A stretch of DNA of 64,000 nucleotides, taken from NCBI GenBank assembly GCA_965213705.1, contig OZ243913.1, positions 1,728,001-1,792,000 of the forward strand. The letters are read 5' to 3'. The position numbers and the translations under genes were made by a program. The notes under the pieces are model-generated. The model saw only the letters and a list, made by a program, of their open reading frames with translations, searched no databases and was not told the DNA's origin. Shown one piece after another: positions 60,752 to 64,000 of the stretch. Position 1 is the first letter of the stretch. Every line of letters starts with the position of its first letter. The DNA comes from Trueperaceae bacterium (GTDB lineage Bacteria; Deinococcota; Deinococci; Deinococcales; Trueperaceae).

Positions 60752-60818
60752 AGGGCGGGCTGCGAGCGGCGTGCTAAACTTTTTTTGTGGCCCGTCCATT
60801 TAAAAAAAGGTTTACCGT

Positions 60819-61544
60819 GTGAACCGCTTGCGCAGCGTAAAACCGGGTTGGTACGTGTTGCTGTTTTTCGTCCTGTACAGCCTCGTCGTCACCGTTGCGC
60901 TAACCCGCACCGAGCGGGCCAACCGCGCCCTGCGCACGCCGAACGAAAGGGCGGTAGACCCCGAACCCGCCAGGGTCGCGCCCGCAGGGCTGTGGTTCCC
61001 GGTGCCGGGCGCGTCCGTGCCGCAAAACCCGGCGTACTTACCGGGCGCGCCGCGCGTTTACCGGCGCGGCGTCAACCAAGGTTTCGACTTTTACGGCGAA
61101 GACGCGGGCGTTCCCATTTCCTACGGTACCCCGGTCGTTGCCGCGGCGGACGGCGTGGTGACGCGGGTCGACACGGACTACACCGAACTCGGCGCTGAGG
61201 CCTGGCAAACCCTTCTAAACGAGGTTTTCGAAAACGGAGCGGGCGAAGAACAACTCAACTTGTTGCGCGGTCGGCAGGTTTGGCTCCAAACCGAAGACGG
61301 CCTGAGTTTGCGTTACGGACACTTGTCGGGCGTGGCTCCGGGCTTGACGCCTGAAGAGCCCGTCTACCGCGGCCAAGTCATAGGTTTTGTCGGCAATTCG
61401 GGCACCGACGACGGCGTGGCCGGCTCTGTCCGCGGTGCGCGGCTGCACTTCGAAGTGTGGCAACCCGACGGTACTTTTTTAGGTCAAGAGTTGGACACGG
61501 AAACGCTGCGCAGTGCCGCCGCCGCGCTCTTTACGGGTCCCTGA
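60819..61544 (+). CDS. M23-family peptidase (first Zn-ligand His apparently replaced by Asn)
   Basis: 'NQGFDF' in place of HxGxD, 'GTPVVAAADG', 'YGHL', 'GFVGNSG', 'LHFEV'. Confidence 0.85.
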   Translation: MNRLRSVKPGWYVLLFFVLYSLVVTVALTRTERANRALRTPNERAVDPEPARVAPAGLWFPVPGASVPQNPAYLPGAPRVYRRGVNQGFDFYGEDAGVPISYGTPVVAAADGVVTRVDTDYTELGAEAWQTLLNEVFENGAGEEQLNLLRGRQVWLQTEDGLSLRYGHLSGVAPGLTPEEPVYRGQVIGFVGNSGTDDGVAGSVRGARLHFEVWQPDGTFLGQELDTETLRSAAAALFTGP

Positions 61545-61545
61545 C

Positions 61546-62772
61546 GTGCCGAGCCCCGACGGCCCGACCGCTTTCGAAGTCGTGTGGCGCAACCCCTGGG
61601 TGCGTGCCCTAACCTACCTCGCACTCGCCGCCTTTGTGCTGTGGTTGTTGGTGCGCTACCAGTCCGGCTACGCCTTCGCGCTGCAAGTCGCCATCATCGG
61701 CTTCGTCATCGCCTACATCCTCAACCCGCTCGTGCTGCTGTTGGGGCGTGTCCGGATTCGGCGGGCGCTCGCGGTCGTCATCATTTACGTGCTGCTGCTG
61801 TTCGTGATTGTGCTCGGCTCGGTGCTGATTACGCAAGTGGTCACCGAACTTGGGCGGTTTATCACCCTTATTCCGACGGCGCTGACCAACATCGGTGACC
61901 TGACCGGCACCGTGTCCACCTGGGCGACCGGGCTGGTCGAGCGCCTGCCCGCCGTGTTGTCCGACCGGCTGGGTTTGGGCGGCTCGAGCGAGGCCATAAG
62001 CGTGCAGGTTCAAGAGCAGTTCGCCGAACTGGTCGCGGACACCACCGCCAGCATCACGGTGTTGTTGGAGAGGTTGGTGCGGGAGGGTCCGAGCCTGCTG
62101 CTCTCCGGCGGCACAACAATCGTCTCGACGACTTTGCAGGTGTTTTTGATTTTGCTGGCGAGCGCTTACTTTCTTTACGACTTTCCAAAGTTCACGGCGG
62201 CTTTTCGCCGTGCGGTGCCGGTGCGGTGGCGGCCCCTCTACGCCGACCTCATCGAAAAGGCGGACGCGGCGGTGGGCGGCTACCTGCGCGGGCAACTCCT
62301 CATCACCTCCGTTTTGGGCATTTTTATTTTTATCGGCCTGACTCTTATCCGCGTGCCGCTGGCCCCGGCCATCAGCTTCTTAGCGGCGCTGTTCAACATC
62401 GTGCCGTACCTGGGGCCTATCATCGGCGTGATTCCAGCGGTGCTGCTCGGCTTTACGGTCAGCCCGCTCACCGCGCTCCTGGCCGTCGTCGTGTTCGTGG
62501 TGGCGAACCAGTTGGAAGGCCACTTTTTGGCACCTTACATCTTGTCCAAAAGTACCGACCTGCACCCGGTCACGGTGCTCCTGGCGATTTTGGCGGGCGC
62601 GGGGCTGTTCGGCTTTTTGGGCGCGCTCTTGGCCGTGCCGACGGTCGCGCTCGTCAAGCTGGTTTTAGAAGAATACCTGTACCGGCGCTCCGCTTACCAC
62701 GAGGTTCCGGTCGCGCCGCCGACCGAAGAAGCGCTCGACACGCCGCTGTTGGCGCGGTCTGAAGGAGACTAG
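61546..62772 (+). CDS. AI-2E/PerM-family transporter
   Basis: 'AYILNPLV', 'GGYLRGQ', 'VPYLGP', 'LHP', 'GALLAVP'. Confidence 0.92.
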   Translation: MPSPDGPTAFEVVWRNPWVRALTYLALAAFVLWLLVRYQSGYAFALQVAIIGFVIAYILNPLVLLLGRVRIRRALAVVIIYVLLLFVIVLGSVLITQVVTELGRFITLIPTALTNIGDLTGTVSTWATGLVERLPAVLSDRLGLGGSSEAISVQVQEQFAELVADTTASITVLLERLVREGPSLLLSGGTTIVSTTLQVFLILLASAYFLYDFPKFTAAFRRAVPVRWRPLYADLIEKADAAVGGYLRGQLLITSVLGIFIFIGLTLIRVPLAPAISFLAALFNIVPYLGPIIGVIPAVLLGFTVSPLTALLAVVVFVVANQLEGHFLAPYILSKSTDLHPVTVLLAILAGAGLFGFLGALLAVPTVALVKLVLEEYLYRRSAYHEVPVAPPTEEALDTPLLARSEGD

Positions 62773-62834
62773 CGTAGCGCGACGGGTTTTCCTTTGCTAG
62801 CGGGCGCAGGGCGCAACGCGGTACAGTAAGCCAC

Positions 62835-64000
62835 GTGGCACGCTCGAACACCAAACGCAAGAAAAAGTCTGCCAAAACCGCGTCCAAAACCGGCTCGGCT
62901 TTCGACCTCGAGGCGCTGGGCCTGGTTCTCTTAGCCATCGGCATTTTTATCCTCGGCCTGCTCGTCCCGCAGGTGCCGACGGGTGAATGGGGGAGGAGTT
63001 TGCGCAGTCTAGCGACCGCGCGCGTCGGCTTGGGCGCGTACGTGTTGCCCTGGCCCTTCCTCGTGCTGGGCGCTTTGTTCCTGCTCCGGCGCAACCCGAA
63101 GGGCTGGCCTCGAGTGCTGGCGGGTTATCTCGTTTTGGCCCTCGGGTTGTGGTGTTTGGCGATGCTGGCTTACCCAGCCGTGACCGGGCGCTGGGGCGCG
63201 GCGTTGCGCGGTTACTTGGACGGGGCGGCGGGCCTGCTCGCCTACGTGCCCGCCCTGTTTATCGCGAGCGTCGGGTTGGACTTGCTGTTGGGTTGGACGC
63301 CGACACGGCTTACCAGGACTGTCTCGAGGGGCAGCGTCGACGGCGTGCGGCGCGGTTTCAAGGGCTTTGTGGCGGCGCGGGCCGGTTGGAAAAAACGAGC
63401 CGCTTTCAAGGCCGACGTCGCGCTTGCCAAAAACGACTTGAGCAACCTTGACAAAGACCTGCAAGCTTTGGAGAGCTTGTACCCCGGCAGCGCCGAGGTC
63501 GGCAAGTGGCGCAAGTCGGTGGCGGTCTCGCTCAAACAGCTCAAAAAACCGACCCCCGCCGACCTCGCCGATATCAGTCAGGACCTGCACGCCTGGCAGG
63601 GGGCGGTCGGAGACTTTACTAAGGACCGCGCCAAGGAACTCTCAGTGTACTTGCGCGGCGAGGGCGTGCCGGACTTTGGCGCGCTGACAAAGCGTGTCAA
63701 AGCCAGTTTCGACGACCCCGTCACCGAGCCCGGCTCCCTGGGTAAAGCCCTCGACAGCGTGCGCAAAGCCTTAGCCCTCGACCTGACCGCCCTCGCCGAG
63801 CGGCACCGCCGCAGCTTGCGCGAGCGCGACCTGGCCGAAGCCGCCCTCAAAGACATGCGCCCTCGAGACCTGGTGAAAGCCTCCGAAGACCACAACAAGC
63901 GCACCGAGCAGTACCGGCACGTCGCCGCCGACGCTGCGGCCCTGGAAACGTACGCCGACACGCTCGAGCCCTGGCGCGACCTCGTCGGCAAACACGCGCG
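62835..64000 (+). CDS. ftsK: DNA translocase FtsK, N-terminal part (runs off window; not in ORF track)
   Basis: TACAGT-N7-GTG; basic N-terminus then 'FDLEALGLVLLAIGIF' and several TMs, like Deinococcota FtsK; ATPase domain lies outside the window. Confidence 0.6.
   Translation, partial: MARSNTKRKKKSAKTASKTGSAFDLEALGLVLLAIGIFILGLLVPQVPTGEWGRSLRSLATARVGLGAYVLPWPFLVLGALFLLRRNPKGWPRVLAGYLVLALGLWCLAMLAYPAVTGRWGAALRGYLDGAAGLLAYVPALFIASVGLDLLLGWTPTRLTRTVSRGSVDGVRRGFKGFVAARAGWKKRAAFKADVALAKNDLSNLDKDLQALESLYPGSAEVGKWRKSVAVSLKQLKKPTPADLADISQDLHAWQGAVGDFTKDRAKELSVYLRGEGVPDFGALTKRVKASFDDPVTEPGSLGKALDSVRKALALDLTALAERHRRSLRERDLAEAALKDMRPRDLVKASEDHNKRTEQYRHVAADAAALETYADTLEPWRDLVGKHA

Overview
GC-rich bacterial chromosome segment, most likely Deinococcota (Truepera-like). 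The assignment is inferred from pervasive leaderless TANNNT-N5-7-start genes, a long-form HflX, a Deinococcus-type FtsK N-terminus and Deinococcus/Thermus-type pilins. Core genes: miaA, fni, hflX, thiolase, tig-clpP-clpX, tRNA-Pro/Gly/Arg, a peptide ABC importer, polyprenyl synthase, ppgK, rpmB and a partial ftsK. Accessory blocks: (i) a stress-type cluster at 12-18 kb; (ii) after the tRNAs, a LacI-cupin-Tm-1-like-TIM barrel-LIV-type ABC operon of unknown substrate; (iii) a decaying patch at 33-38 kb with a deleted vWA lipoprotein, two MNT-HEPN pairs, two pilins and HicAB, where two toxins carry nonsense codons; (iv) a GGDEF-ribbon-helix-helix fusion with an operator-like palindrome; (v) an ECF sigma/anti-sigma pair beside a secreted Met-rich CHRD/EF-hand protein; (vi) an IS4-like transposase. 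Best leads not shown by the ORF track: a highly iterated palindrome (G)CTCGAG(C) with strong GATC avoidance, an orphan structured RNA with c-di-AMP-riboswitch-like motifs (11.4-11.65 kb, minus strand), an ATC start for hflX, a strong-SD leader peptide upstream of a RIO kinase, and a small MITE-like family. All calls come from manual reading and motif recall; no database searches were run.
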